Shown piece by piece: positions 1-12,500 of a stretch of DNA of 64,000 bases. Each line of letters opens with the position of its first letter. Position 1 is the first letter of the stretch. A program made the translations under genes and the position numbers. This DNA is from Macrostomum hystrix. Taxonomy: Eukaryota; Animalia; Platyhelminthes. The notes under the pieces are model-generated. The model was not told the DNA's origin. It searched no databases and saw only the letters and a list, made by a program, of their open reading frames with translations. The stretch spans positions 1,240,001 through 1,304,000 of the forward strand of contig CATNEN010000008.1 in the NCBI GenBank assembly GCA_950097015.1, in the 5' to 3' direction.

Positions 1-629
1 GACGAAAGATCAGTTTTATATTTACCAAAAAGCAACTAAATTATCCATGGGGGAATGGCATTTTCCATTTCTTGCAACTGTTGGAAGCCGGCAAGGCAAG
101 CCAAAGTCCTGTTTAGGGGACAGTGGTGAAGAATGGGGGTGGGTCCTATATTGGTAAAGAAAAATCGATATTAGCAAGATGTTGGAATTACGAACGTGAC
201 GTTCGCCCCAGTTTTTGGTCATCCTAATTTCCTAAACAAGGCCCGTCCGAACGCCATTTGTTTGATTCCTTAAGTACGTAAGCATCCCATTCTCACCCCT
301 CCAGCATACTTGCGCAGATAAGAAGGGTTTGGCGTCACTGCAGGAGACGAATGAATCTAGTGTACATTGGAGTGTACATTCAGCCCCAAAGTTCTAAAAA
401 TAGCCTATTGATAATGAAAGGCTTCTATCCTTGCATACACGACTGGGCGAACATCACCCTCTCAGTCCCCCACCACCCCAAAATAGGGTTCCACAACACT
501 AAGACTAAGACCTACCCGGGTCTTGGTAGCCCCAACCCCCGATCCACAAAGTCTTTATAAGTATTGTGACAAGTAATATGGTCTCGTGAGTCGAGACTTC
601 AGATCGCAGCGCAGACACCGGGCCACGCC

Positions 630-1701
630 ATGGAAGAGCAACAAGAGGAAACTCCGAAACTGACTGAGGAGGACACTGCTACCGCTCAAGCTGTCCAAGC
701 CCAAGGTCAAGGAGCTGAAGCCGACGAGCAAGGCGACGATAAGGACGACGACAACGGAGGAGGAGACGAAGAGGATGAAGATGAACGGGGAAAGAAGAAT
801 CTTACAGAAGCTGCTGCAGCGGAAGAGGCAGGAGATGATGAAGAAACTGAAGAGTCGCCGCGCGGAGCAACAGCTGCTGCTGCTAGCGGTGAGACATGAA
901 CTTATTGACCCATGACCAATTGGCAATTTATTTCTTCCATTTCTGAATGTTAGCCTATGTTATAAATTCTTTGCCAATCGACTTTTTAAGTCGAATTTTG
1001 GTTTATGATATCAGAATCAGAGAATAAGTTAAATCAGAGCTAGGCATCATATCGCTAAAAAGTTATTCCCCTGTTAACACTCGACAACCTAGTTGCCTTT
1101 TTTAATTTGTTTTAATTAATCTGAAGAAAAACTATTTTTTTACTACAATACACGTCTGACTACTTACAGTAGCTAAACAGCAAATAAAAAAATTAACACT
1201 GACCCATCCTCAGGTTCAGCATCAGCTTCGGCACCTTCAACGGGTGCAGCCGCCGCCGCCTCACCCGCCGCCGCCCCTGCTATCCAGCCACTAAAGCCGC
1301 CGTCGCGAGTAACTATTCACAAGAAGCGAGCGCACACAGTCCGACTCTGTCTAAGCATTGAGGGCGTCAAGCCCAAGCTGGATCTGCACTCAAAGCTGCT
1401 ACGCCGGCCCAGCCGATGGACATCCGCGGAGCCGGCCGAGGGCGACCTGACAGTGAAGCTGGAGCCGGACTCTGTCCTAGTTGAGTTTGTTAGGCGCAGA
1501 GGCGACCTACCGCATCGATGTTTTATTAGCGAACTCTGCGCCCGCATCGACAAGGACAAGAGCAGCTTCGAGGTTGGCGACGGCTTCGTGAAAGTCTACC
1601 TGGTCAGGGACACGACCGATGCAGCTTGGGAGCAGTTCGACCTGATTGCGGCTGATCCGGCTAGGCTGGATGAGGACTGCCTGCGTCGCATTGCTGACTG
1701 A
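630..1701 (+). CDS. Two-exon protein (~248 aa): acidic/Ala-rich N-terminus plus a putative C-terminal CS (p23/HSP20-like) domain
   Basis: Exon 1 630-888 (donor G|GTGAGA, phase 1) joins exon 2 1214-1701 (acceptor CCTCAG|) in frame; total 747 nt. The C-terminal VRLCLSIEG...LTVKLEPDSVLVEF...LCARIDKDKSSFEVGDGFVKVYLVR...W fits the CS-domain beta-strand pattern by eye. Confidence 0.65.
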
Positions 1702-1814
1702 TCGCTTCACGAGAGTCAGTTGCGCTTGGGACTTAAACTGGTTGCTATGGGGTTGTGTTATAGGGAGTCCAAATTGTTGCTAAGGTGCTAGATGTGCAAT
1801 CTAAGGAGTCAAAT

Positions 1815-2060
1815 TGGTTGCCAGGGTGTTAGACTGATCACAATGGTTGCTATAGGGTGTTAGACTGATCTGAATGGTTTCTACAGGGTGTTAGACTGAT
1901 CACAATGGTTGCTATGGGGTGTTAGACTTGCAATTATTCTGATCAATCTTTAACACCCTAGCTATCATTCTGATCAAACTTTAACACCCTAGCAACCACT
2001 CTTATCATTGTCTAATACCCTAACAACCATTATGATCACACTTTAAATACCCTAATTTAT
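1815..2060. repeat. Inverted (foldback) array of a ~31-bp unit
   Basis: About 4 forward units TGGTTGCTATAGGGTGTTAGACTGATCACAA (1815-1930) are followed by about 4 degenerate reverse-complement units, e.g. CTGATCAAACTTTAACACCCTAGCAACCAC (1937-2055). Confidence 0.75.
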
Positions 2061-2253
2061 ACTTTTTTTAATTAATTATCTGCCAATGCTAAAATTTAAC
2101 TATTATTTTTTTATTAACTTACATGATTTCTGTATAATTTTTAATGCCATAAGAAAACAAGAAATATCGGTTCTTCATTGTGCCAATAAGACAAACTGTT
2201 TTATGATTACTTATCATTTCGCTTGCAACCTTGTGACACAAAAATTGAGAGAC

Positions 2254-3583
2254 GGGTGAGAGAATGATAGATGGGGTGAGAGTGAGTGGGAGAGAATAAT
2301 AGATGGGTGAGAGTGAGTGGGGGAGAATGATAGATGGGGTGAGAGTGAGTGGGGGAGAATGATAGATGGGGTGAGAGTGAGTGGGGGAGAATGATAGATG
2401 GGTGAGAGTGAGTGGGGGAGAATGATAGATGGGGTGAGAGTGAGTGGGGGAGAATGATAGATGGGGTGAGAGTGAGTGAGAGAATGAGCGATGGGGTGAG
2501 AGTGAGTGGGAGAAAATGAGAGATGGGGTGAGAGTGAGTGGGGGAGAATGATAGATGGGTTGAGAGTGAGTGGGAGAGAATGATAGATGGGGTGAGAGTG
2601 AGTGGGAGAAAATGAGAGATGGGGTGAGAGTGAGTGGGGGAGAATGATAGATGGGGTGAGAGTGAGTGGGAGAGAATGATAGATGAGGTGAGAGTGAGTG
2701 GGATAGAATGATAGATGGGGTGAGAGTGAGTGGGGGAGAATGATAGATGGGGTGAGAGTGAGTGAGAGAATGAGAGATGGGGTGAGAGTGAGTGGGGGAG
2801 AATGATAGATGGGGTGAGAGTGAGTGAGAGAATGAGCGATGGGGTGAGAGTGAGTGGGAGAAAATGAGAGATGGGGTGAGAGTGAGTGGGGGAGAATGAT
2901 AGATGGGTTGAGAGTGAGTGGGAGAGAATGATAGATGGGGTGAGAGTGAGTGGGAGAAAATGAGAGATGGGGTGAGAGTGAGTGGGGGAGAATGAGAGAT
3001 GGGGTGAGAGTGAGTGGGGGAGAATGATAGATGGGGTGAGAGTGAGTGGGATAGAATGATAGATGGGGTGAGAGTGAGTGGGGGAGAATGATAGATGGGG
3101 TGAGAGTGAGTGAGAGAATGAGAGATGGGGTGAGAGTGAGTGGGGGAGAATGATAGATGGGGTGAGAGTGAGTGGGGGAGAATGATAGATGGGGTGAGAG
3201 TGAGTGGGGGAGAATGATAGATGTGGTGAGAGTGAGTGGGGGAGAATGATAGATGGGGTGAGAGTGAGTGGGGGAGAATGATAGATGGGGTGAGAGTGAG
3301 TGGGGGAGAATGATAGATGGGGTGAGAGTGAGTGGGAGAGAATGATAGATGAGGTGAGAGTGAGTGGGAGAAAATGATAGATGGGGTGAGTGGGAGAATA
3401 TGAGAGATGGGGTGAGAGTGAGTGGGAGAGAATGATAAATGGGGTGAGAGTGAGTTGGAGAGAATGATAAATGGGGTGAGAGTGAGTGGGAGATAATGAT
3501 AGATGGGATGAGAGTGAGTGGGGGAGAATGATAGATGGGGTGAGAGTGAGTGGGGGAGAATGATAGATGTGGTGAGAGTGAGT
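2254..3583. repeat. G-rich minisatellite, ~32-bp unit GAGAATGATAGATGGGGTGAGAGTGAGTGGGG
   Basis: Tandem periodicity is directly visible; ORFs 2207-3640 and 2214-3629 are translations of the repeat. Confidence 0.97.
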
Positions 3584-4139
3584 AGTGCATTGTGTTGATT
3601 GACAGGAAGGAATTATTCTGCAGTGACATTTAAAGTACAACAGGAACTGTAAAGCTAGTGCCTGCTAGACTTTTAGTGCATGATGGGTCTGTAATGCTAG
3701 ATACAAACCAAACTCTGAAGGACAATATAATCCGGATTAAGTCAGATAGGGCCAAATTTCAAACAGTGAGATTAGAAAATGATTGAGATGAAAGTTGAGT
3801 CAAGTTCCGGAGAAATTTGTGACAGTGTCCGAATAGGAGATTCTTTTTACCTGGCTCAGGCACACCTGATCTTTCTTCTCAAGAAGAAAGTCAGTTTCTT
3901 AACATAAGTTAAGAAAGTTAAGTCAGTTCTTTAGCATAAGTCAGTTTGTTATTAAACCTTCTAGAAAATTCGGAGCTATCAACAAAAGCCTTTTTATTCA
4001 CGCCACCAAGCTAACCATTCTTCAACCGTTCATTCGTTCACACGATCGACACATCGAACCACTGACTTGCTTAACTCCTATCAAAAGCAACCATAAACAA
4101 GTTCACAGTAGGACTACCAAGCTGAAAGTAGAGAAATTC

Positions 4140-5485
4140 CCTTTAGGCGATGGAGTCCTGGGGTTAGAGCTGCGCCTAATATTGAGGCTTGATCAGCATA
4201 AAGGGAGAAATTTGCATCAGGTTGTCCATAGTCGGCTGGTTCCACTTGTTGAATGTCCAGCAGCTCCATCTAGATCAGGGGTCGGCAACCTTATATACCC
4301 CGCGGGCTAAAGAGAGAATCTTAAAGACGACGGCGGGCCGCATGAAGAAAGGGGAGAGATCAGACAGGTGAGAGATGAGACAAGTGAGAGATGAGAAAGG
4401 TGAGAGATGAGACGGGCGGAGATAAGACGCAAGAGAGATGAGACGGGGGAGATAAGAGGCAAGAGAGATGAGACGGGGGAGATAAGACGCAAGAGAGAGA
4501 TAAGACGCATGAGACGGGGGAGATAAGACGCAAGAGAGATGAGACAGGGGAGAGACGAAAAATGGGAGAGATGAGACAGGGGAGAGATGAAAAAGGGGAG
4601 AGATAAGACAGGGGAGAGATAAGACTGGGGAGAGATAAGACAGGGGAGAGGTGAGACAGGGAGAGATGAGATAGGGTGTACTGTAGAGTAGGTGTTAGGA
4701 GGAGCTAAGGGCCAGATTTGGGAGCTTTGAGGGCCGCATCTGGCCCGCGGGCCGGAGGTTGCCGACCCCTGATCTAGATAAAGGTCGGTGACCACCGAAG
4801 TCTGAAATGATGCAGGCACATTCGGGTGACGTGCTGATAAAATTTGCATCAGGGTGTCCATAGTCGGCTGGTTCCACTTGTTGAATGTCCAGCAGCTCCA
4901 TCTAGATAAAGGTCGGTGACCACCGAAAGTCTGAGATGATGCAGGCACATTCGGGTGACGTGCTGATAAAATTTGAAGGCCTGGCAAGGCCGCTCTGAGG
5001 ATTAGGGCAAAATTTTGTATAGGTGCATGAAATACACTGGCTCTTGAACCATTGAACATCTCGACGGTCGGAAGAGCTGGCAACTTGATTATTGTTTCAG
5101 AAGATGCGCAACAAAAATTTGGCCCATATTCTTGAGTTTCGTGTGCTTGCGTTGCTCCGTTCTGGTGCAGCAGAAAATTGTTAGAAGGGGAGAATTCACC
5201 CTGTTAGTTCTAGTGCACCGCCAGTGTATTTCATACACCCCAATACACGAATTTGCACTGCGCCTCAGTGCGGCCTTGCCAGGCCTTCAAAATTCATCAG
5301 CATGCCATCCGAATGTGACTGCATCATCTCCGTCTTCGGTGGTCACCTACCACCTTTATCTAGACGAAGCTGCTGGACCTTCAAGGGCTACAAGGACACC
5401 CACTGTGAATGCGAATTTCTCCAATTTCACTGATCCAGCCTAGATATTAGGCGCAGCTCAACCACAGTGCACCATCGTCTAGTTT
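4140..5485. mobile_element. Long foldback/palindromic element (imperfect inverted arms around a ~180-bp spacer), with an internal ~130-bp tandem duplication and a nested MITE in the left arm
   Basis: 4885-5040 (GTCCAGCAGCTCCATCTAGATAAAGGTCGGTGACCACCGAA...GAAGGCCTGGCAAGGCCGC...GAAATACACTGG) is the diverged reverse complement of 5221-5380. 4160-4190 pairs with 5435-5465. 4208-4838 (minus the MITE) is repeated at 4839-4968. Confidence 0.7.
4276..4771 (+). mobile_element. Non-autonomous hAT (Charlie-type) MITE, copy 1
   Basis: Perfect 15-bp TIRs CAGGGGTCGGCAACC / GGTTGCCGACCCCTG; 8-bp TSD ATCTAGAT at 4268-4275 and 4772-4779 (NTCTAGAN is the Charlie target consensus); internal GAGATGAGAC-type array. 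Confidence 0.93.
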
Positions 5486-6049
5486 GTGTAATTTTTCATC
5501 AAAATCGGTGGAACACGTGCAGAGCTATTAGGGGTTGGCAAAGAACTTTGTGCAGCCACTACGGCGTAAAAGTACAGATTCACAAACTCTGTCCTCTTCA
5601 ATTCTGACGCGAGTACTTTAGTGACGCCGTGACGCCGTGACGCCAGAGTTGCTGCTCGCGCATTTTTAGAAAAAATATTTGAATGCATTATAAATAAAGT
5701 GTTTTTAGTTTCCTTGGCAACTCAACTCCTCAGAGTTAGTAGCCAGAGGTCTGGCTTCGGCTGGCTGTACCTTTGTCTATTGTGCTGTTTGCTTATCTCG
5801 CACTGCTGCTGGAACATTGTATTTCGTATTTTTATTTTTTTTCCTCACTCTCGCTAGCAAAATATCTCCATAAATGCCAGACTTGCCTGGGGTTCAATGA
5901 CAGCTGGCAACAGCCAGCAGCTGGCAATCAATGATGCGAAGCCGTAGATGTCGGAACAGATCTGTCGCACAAAGGCTATTTTTGTTTGAGAATTTTGATC
6001 ATATCCCGATATAAATAGGGGGATAATGACGCAAAATAGCTGATAAAAA

Positions 6050-6146
6050 CAGTTCCTACGACAGTTTCTACGACAGTTTCTACGACAGTTTCTACGACAG
6101 TTTCTACGACAGTTTCTACGACAGTTTCTACGAGCAGTTTCTACGA
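6050..6146. repeat. 12-bp tandem repeat ACAGTTTCTACG
   Basis: About 8 units directly visible. Confidence 0.9.
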
Positions 6147-6187
6147 CTGGCGTATACGAATCTCAATAACATTGGCGCTTATCCACC

Positions 6188-8130
6188 AGTTAGTCCCTTC
6201 ATTAAGGACACTAATCCCAGTTAGTCCCTTCATTGAGGACACTAATCCCAGTTAGTCCCTTCATTGAGGACACTAATCCCAGTTAGTCCCTTCATTGAGG
6301 ACACTAATCCCAGTTAGTCCATTCATTGAGGACACTAATCCCAGTTAGTCCCTTCATTGAGGACACTAATCCCAGTTAGTCCCTTCATTGAGGACACTAA
6401 TCCCAGTTAGTCCCTTCATTGAGGACACTAATCCCAGTTAGTCCCTTCATTGAGGACACTAATCCCAGTTAGTCCATTCATTGAGGACACTAATCCCAGT
6501 TAGTCCCTTCCTTGAGGACACTAATCCCAGTTAGTCCCTTCATTGAGGACACTAATCCCAGTTAGTCCATTCATTGAGGACACTAATCCCAGTTAGTCCC
6601 TTCCTTGAGGACACTAATCCCAGTTAGTCCATTCATTGAGGACACTAATCCCAGTTAGTCCCTTCATTGAGGACACTAATCCCAGTTAGTCCCTTCATTG
6701 AGGACACTAATCCCAGTTAGTCCCTTCCTTGAGGACACTAATCCCAGTTAGTCCCTTCCTTGAGGACACTAATCCCAGTTAGTCCCTTCATTGAGGACAC
6801 TAATCCCAGTTAGTCCCTTCCTTGAGGACACTAATCCCAGTTAGTCCATTCATTGAGGACACTAATCCCAGTTAGTCCATTCATTGAGGACACTAATCCC
6901 AGTTAGTCCCTTCCTTGAGGACACTAATCCCAGTTAGTCCATTCATTGAGGACACTAATCCCAGTTAGTCCCTTCATTGAGGACACTAATCCCAGTTAGT
7001 CCCTTCATTGAGGACACTAATCCCAGTTAGTCCCTTCATTGAGGACACTAATCCCAGTTAGTCCCTTCATTGAGGACACTAATCCCAGTTAGTCCCTTCA
7101 TTGAGGACACTAATCCCAGTTAGTCCCTTCATTGAGGACACTAATCCCAGTTAGTCCCTTCATTGAGGACACTAATCCCAGTTAGTCCCTTCATTGAGGA
7201 CACTAATCCCAGTTAGTCCCTTCATTGAGGACACTAATCCCAGTTAGTCCATTCATTGAGGACACTAATCCCAGTTAGTCCCTTCATTGAGGACACTAAT
7301 CCCAGTTAGTCCCTTCATTGAGGACACTAATCCCAGTTAGTCCATTCATTGAGGACACTAATCCCAGTTAGTCCCTTCCTTGAGGACACTAATCCCAGTT
7401 AGTCCATTCATTGAGGACACTAATCCCAGTTAGTCCCTTCATTGAGGACACTAATCCCAGTTAGTCCCTTCATTGAGGACACTAATCCCAGTTAGTCCCT
7501 TCCTTGAGGACACTAATCCCAGTTAGTCCCTTCCTTGAGGACACTAATCCCAGTTAGTCCCTTCATTGAGGACACTAATCCCAGTTAGTCCCTTCCTTGA
7601 GGACACTAATCCCAGTTAGTCCATTCATTGAGGACACTAATCCCAGTTAGTCCCTTCATTGAGGACACTAATCCCAGTTAGTCCCTTCATTGAGGACACT
7701 AATCCCAGTTAGTCCATTCATTGAGGACACTAATCCCAGTTAGTCCATTCATTGAGGACACTAATCCCAGTTAGTCCCTTCCTTGAGGACACTAATCCCA
7801 GTTAGTCCATTCATTGAGGACACTAATCCCAGTTAGTCCCTTCATTGAGGACACTAATCCCAGTTAGTCCATTCATTGAGGACACTAATCCCCCAGTTAA
7901 TCCAATTATTTCGGACACTAATCCCCTAGTTAATCCATTAATTGAGGACACTAATCCCATAGTTAATCCATTCATTGAGGACACTAATCCCAGTTAGTCC
8001 CTTCATTGAGGACACTAATCCCAGTTAGTCCATTCATTTAGGACACTAATCCCCTAGTTAATCCATTGATTGAGGGCACTAATCCCCCAGCTAATCCATT
8101 GATTGAGGACACTAATTTCACCGTTAATCC
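6188..8130. repeat. 31-bp minisatellite CCAGTTAGTCCCTTCATTGAGGACACTAATC
   Basis: About 60 near-identical units with two variant sites (CCC/CCA and TCA/TCC); degenerates after ~7870. Confidence 0.98.
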
Positions 8131-8660
8131 CTTCTACTGAGCACGCTAATCTCCCTGTTAATCGATTTAAACAAATAATAATTGCGAATCTACTAATTCT
8201 CTAAATTCCTATGCCTCTCTCGTAGGTCTCAAAATTGCATTTAAGGATCATTTTTAACTTAGATTTCTCTTTCTTCTTCTAGCACAGGTAGAAAAAAATA
8301 GATTAAATTCAGTTACGGAATCTTGCAAACAATTTTAAAGTGAACTCAGAGACCTGAATGAAGAGATTTGCACAATCCACACAATATTGTAAAAATATCG
8401 ATCGCGCTGTTGACGTTTCACGATATATTCTGACTTCTAGAGTGGAATCTAGAGTAGCTCGACTTCCTGGTGCCACCGCATCCTGGCAGCGATGACAGGT
8501 TATAGCTTCATTAGACGGATTTTTTATGTTGCGAGGCTTGGCGGAAAAGCGAAAAAAATTAGGATTACGAGTAAGTCAAGCCTAATTACGAATCGAAGTC
8601 ATTCAAGTTTTCGTTTAAAAAACACTCCTATTGTTCAAGGAAAACTACACAAATGAGAAG

Positions 8661-9087
8661 GTTCACGAGTTCACGAGTTCACGAGTTCACGAGTTCACAA
8701 GTTCACGAGTTCACAAGTTCACGAGTTCACAAGTTCACGAGTTCACAAGTTCACAAGTTCACGAGTTCACAAGTTCACGAGTTCACAAGTTCACAAGTTC
8801 ACAAGTTCACGAGTTCACAAGTTCACGAGTTCACAAGTTCACGAGTTCACAAGTTCACGAGTTCACAAGTTCACGAGTTCACAAGTTCACGAGTTCACGA
8901 GTTCACGAGTTCACAAGTTCACAAGTTCACGAGTTCACGAGTTCACGAGTTCACGAGTTCACAAGTTCACAAGTTCACGAGTTCACGAGTTCACGAGTTC
9001 ACAAGTTCACGAGTTCACAAGTTCACGAGTTCACAAGTTCACGAGTTCACAAGTTCACGAGTTCAAAAGTTCACGAGTTCACAAGTT
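8661..9087. repeat. 8-bp tandem repeat CAC(G/A)AGTT
   Basis: About 53 units with one G/A variable site; ORFs 8631-9107 and 8653-9123 are artefacts. Confidence 0.97.
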
Positions 9088-9562
9088 CTCTATTTCGCAC
9101 AGAATAGGTGCACCAGGCATTAGGGAATCTAAGAACTTTTCTTAATTACTTTTGAACAAGAAAAAAAATTAAATTAATATTGTAATTTGAAGGACGACAG
9201 TCGGACGAAATTCATTGGGTTGCATTTAATCAAAAAATTGTACAATGTCGCAAAGTCCCTCGAAAGTGCCCTCATGCAGTGCCCTCGAAATAATCAAATT
9301 AAATTAAAGTGCAAATGTCCAGGTGCTAATAGCCACACATTGCAGACTACTCAGACTAGAAAAATATTTACGAAGTAGTTTCCTTGTAAAAGGCGAGAAA
9401 AGTGAATTAGATAATAAATAAATAAGAAAAAAATAGGAAAAGGACGTAGTATGGCGAAAGGGGAGGATTTTTAATGTCGTAATTAAAAAACAATCCGGTA
9501 AAAAACATTGCTTAAAGTCGAAAAATAGTAATTGTTTGACTTAATATCGAATCTGCTCGAAG

Positions 9563-12500
9563 TTAGACTCGTCCAAGTGGAATGCGAACATTAGCTTCAA
9601 CATCTGGCTCGAGACTACGCCGACACGAACAGACTCGCTCGCAGCAGGCACGGCACTGGTTTGTGAAAACGCCTGCGGGTTTGTTAAGTGAGTTAGATGA
9701 CACTTTTAAATCTTTAAATAGATTATTGATGTGAGCTCAGAATGGCGGACGCAGTTTTACAAAATGTTTCTTTAATACTGACGCCACCTCGATCCCTGCC
9801 CCGCATGAAGCCAACCTGACTCCCTGCCCCGCATGAAGCCAACCTCACTCCCTGACCCGCATGAAGCCAACCTCACTCCCTGCCCGCATGAAGCCAACCT
9901 GACTCCCTGCCCCGCATGAAGCCAACCTCACTCCCTGACCCGCATGAAGCCAACCTCACTCCCTGCCCGCATGAAGCCAACCTGACTCCCTGGTCCGCGT
10001 GACACCAACCTCACTCCCTTTCCCGCGTGACGCCAACCTCACTCCCTGTCTCGCATGAAGCCAACCTCACTCCCTATCCTGCGTGACGCCAACCTCACTC
10101 CCTGCCCCGTATGAAGGCTTCCTCTCTCACTGCGCCGCATGAAGCCAACCTAATTTCCTGCCCCGTTTGACACCATCCTCACTCCCTGCCTCGCATGGCA
10201 CCAACCTCACTCTCTGTCCCGCGTGAAGCCAACCCCTGCCTCCCAAGAAAAGAGATAAATTCCAATACTTCAGGGACGCGATTACCGTAGATTAGAGGAT
10301 TCAGCGCCGAGTTGAGAAAAGCGAATGTTAGGCACATGTAAATTATGTCCGAGTCTGCGGGTCCATTTCTGCGAAACGAAATAACGGCCAGAATTTTTTT
10401 TACAATGGTAAGAAAAAATGTGAATTCTTTACAGTTCGGATGCGACTGAGCAGCGGAACTCACAGGTGACCCCCGGCAGCGAAGGTGTTCCACAGTGTCA
10501 CAACCCAATGCGGTGCCCAGCAGAATAGAAAAGCTACAACTGCGAAAACAGATTTTGACTACAGTTAGACATGCACTGGTACAGGCCTATTCCACTCTAT
10601 CCCATGAAAAACTGCACCCAATGCTCTTACCAATGATGACAGTCATCTTCAGAGAGGTCATACGGGCTCGCCGCATGCCTGTGGCATCGTTATGCCGTCT
10701 AAGCGATACATTGTCGACATTGCGAATCTGCTGAATCTCGGAGGCGTAATGCTGCTGCTGCTGCCACTGATGTTGCTGACGCTGCTGCTGCTGTTGCTGC
10801 TGCTGCTGTTGCTGCTGCTGCTGTTGCTGCTCTTTAGCCGCTAGCACGCACACTATGCGGCTGTAGCAGACGCTGATGACAATCAATGGCAGGCCGTACA
10901 TCATGGTGAATGCGAAGATGTTGTACAGGCGCCGCTTGTAGGAGCTGTCCTCCTCGGCAGCGAAAGTCTCCATGCAGACCAGGTTGTGACCCTTGAAGAA
11001 GCTGCTCTCAAAAATGTCGAACACGGCTGCCTGAATGACGGAGGGCGATTCCATATTTTGTGAATTGCGTCATAAAAACTTTTCAAATTAAAGGAATTTG
11101 TCAATTTTTTAATTAGTCTATATCTCAGCTTGCTTGAGTTCTGTGTCCCTTGTCTTCAATGAGAAACGAAATTAAAAAACGTAGAAATTGTAAAGCGGAT
11201 GAAACGTATTGTGCATGTCGGAAAGTTTTGTTAATACATGAGCTTATAATTATGATGAGCTCATTATGTAAGTCTATAATGACCATAATCATAGTCATAT
11301 TCCCTGTCGTCATCCTGGTCATTGCGCTTCTCACAATCCTGCTTTTCATAGTCCTGGTAAAAATGCTAGTTATGTCTGCACAATCTACTGATTCCTGAGC
11401 ACACTCGCACACAGAGATACCGTACGCAGGCACACTCTCACACAGGTGTGTACATCTGCCCTGACTTTCTCATCGTCAGGCAGTGTACACTTTCAATGTG
11501 CCTTGGCGTAAATTGCACGACAAGCCCCCAAGCCTTCTTTCTGCGGCTGCGCCCCAAATGAATGCGGCCTCGCCGCGGAATCGAGCTCAGGGACCTTGGT
11601 GCGAGAGGCAAACTCGTTAGACTGCTCTGTCACTGACGCCCTCAATCCTGATATTACTTTTGGTCATATTCCTGCTTGTAAAAAATGCCTTACCTTGTCA
11701 TAATTCTGCCCCTACTTGCTGCCTTTGTACAAGTTCTCTAGATTTTTAATCCCTCCCTCTTAAGGTAGAAATGCCTGCCCTAGCAGCAGTTCACTTGCAC
11801 TTGCATTAATCATTCAGCTAGGATTGAAATCTAAAAATCACTATATGATTTACTTTTGTTTCACAAAGTTTAAAAGAAGTGGCGTTCTCTAACTGAAGAC
11901 AGGCGAACCGCTAACTTGTCCTGGTGAGATGCGAGCCCGGATTAGCAACTCGCAACAAACGGCTCATTCTAATTAGCTGTCAATCACAGCCCACCACTCT
12001 ATACCTGCAGACGGGAAATTAGACAGAAATTTTGAAAATAAATACTCGGTTAGACAGGCCCAGAAGATTATTACTAGATTATTTGCAGAAAAGACTCAAA
12101 TAAGTAGCGTTGTAAAGTACCAACGAAATCAAAGTAACGATACAATTTACACTGAAAAAGAAATTAACAATTGTTCTTAGTATTCTTTATCTCTGTGAAA
12201 TAAAAATTTATTGTCTAGACTCTAGACTCTAGAGTTTCAAACAATTCATTTTACTTATCGGTTGAGCTGACAAAAAAGTTGAGAAGCATCCGATTTAGAA
12301 TTGAGAATTTCAGAAATTATCTACGTAAAAGTAACGAATTAAAATAAGTATAGCAACCGCATTGACTCACCTGGGGGAGGCTGCAGGCCATGGAGGCCGC
12401 AAGCGAAGCGGTGAGAAGCCGTCGCGCCCTTCTGCCAGCCGTGGCAATGCTAAACGGTCGGGTGATTGCGGCGCACCTGTCGATCGCTATGGCAACCACG

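Noticed and set aside
1-600. Short ORFs 22-222 and 351-560, and antisense ORF 555-926
   Set aside because: No motifs; 555-926 is the antisense shadow of the acidic exon.
2207-3640. Long His/Ser/Pro-rich ORFs (also 15148-16671, 24201-24985, 25285-26139, 31107-33276, 42540-43301, 56041-57217, 57645-58768)
   Set aside because: They coincide with tandem arrays, are open in several frames or both strands, and mostly lie inside introns of well-supported genes.
6188-8130. CRISPR-like appearance of the 31-bp partly palindromic repeat (and the 62-bp repeat at 18196)
   Set aside because: Units are head-to-tail with no unique spacers, there are no cas genes, and the context is eukaryotic.
11125-11433. 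Hydrophobic ORFs 11125-11433 and 11150-11398
   Set aside because: Low-complexity ATC/GTC-type intronic sequence adjoining a SINE, with no recognisable motif.
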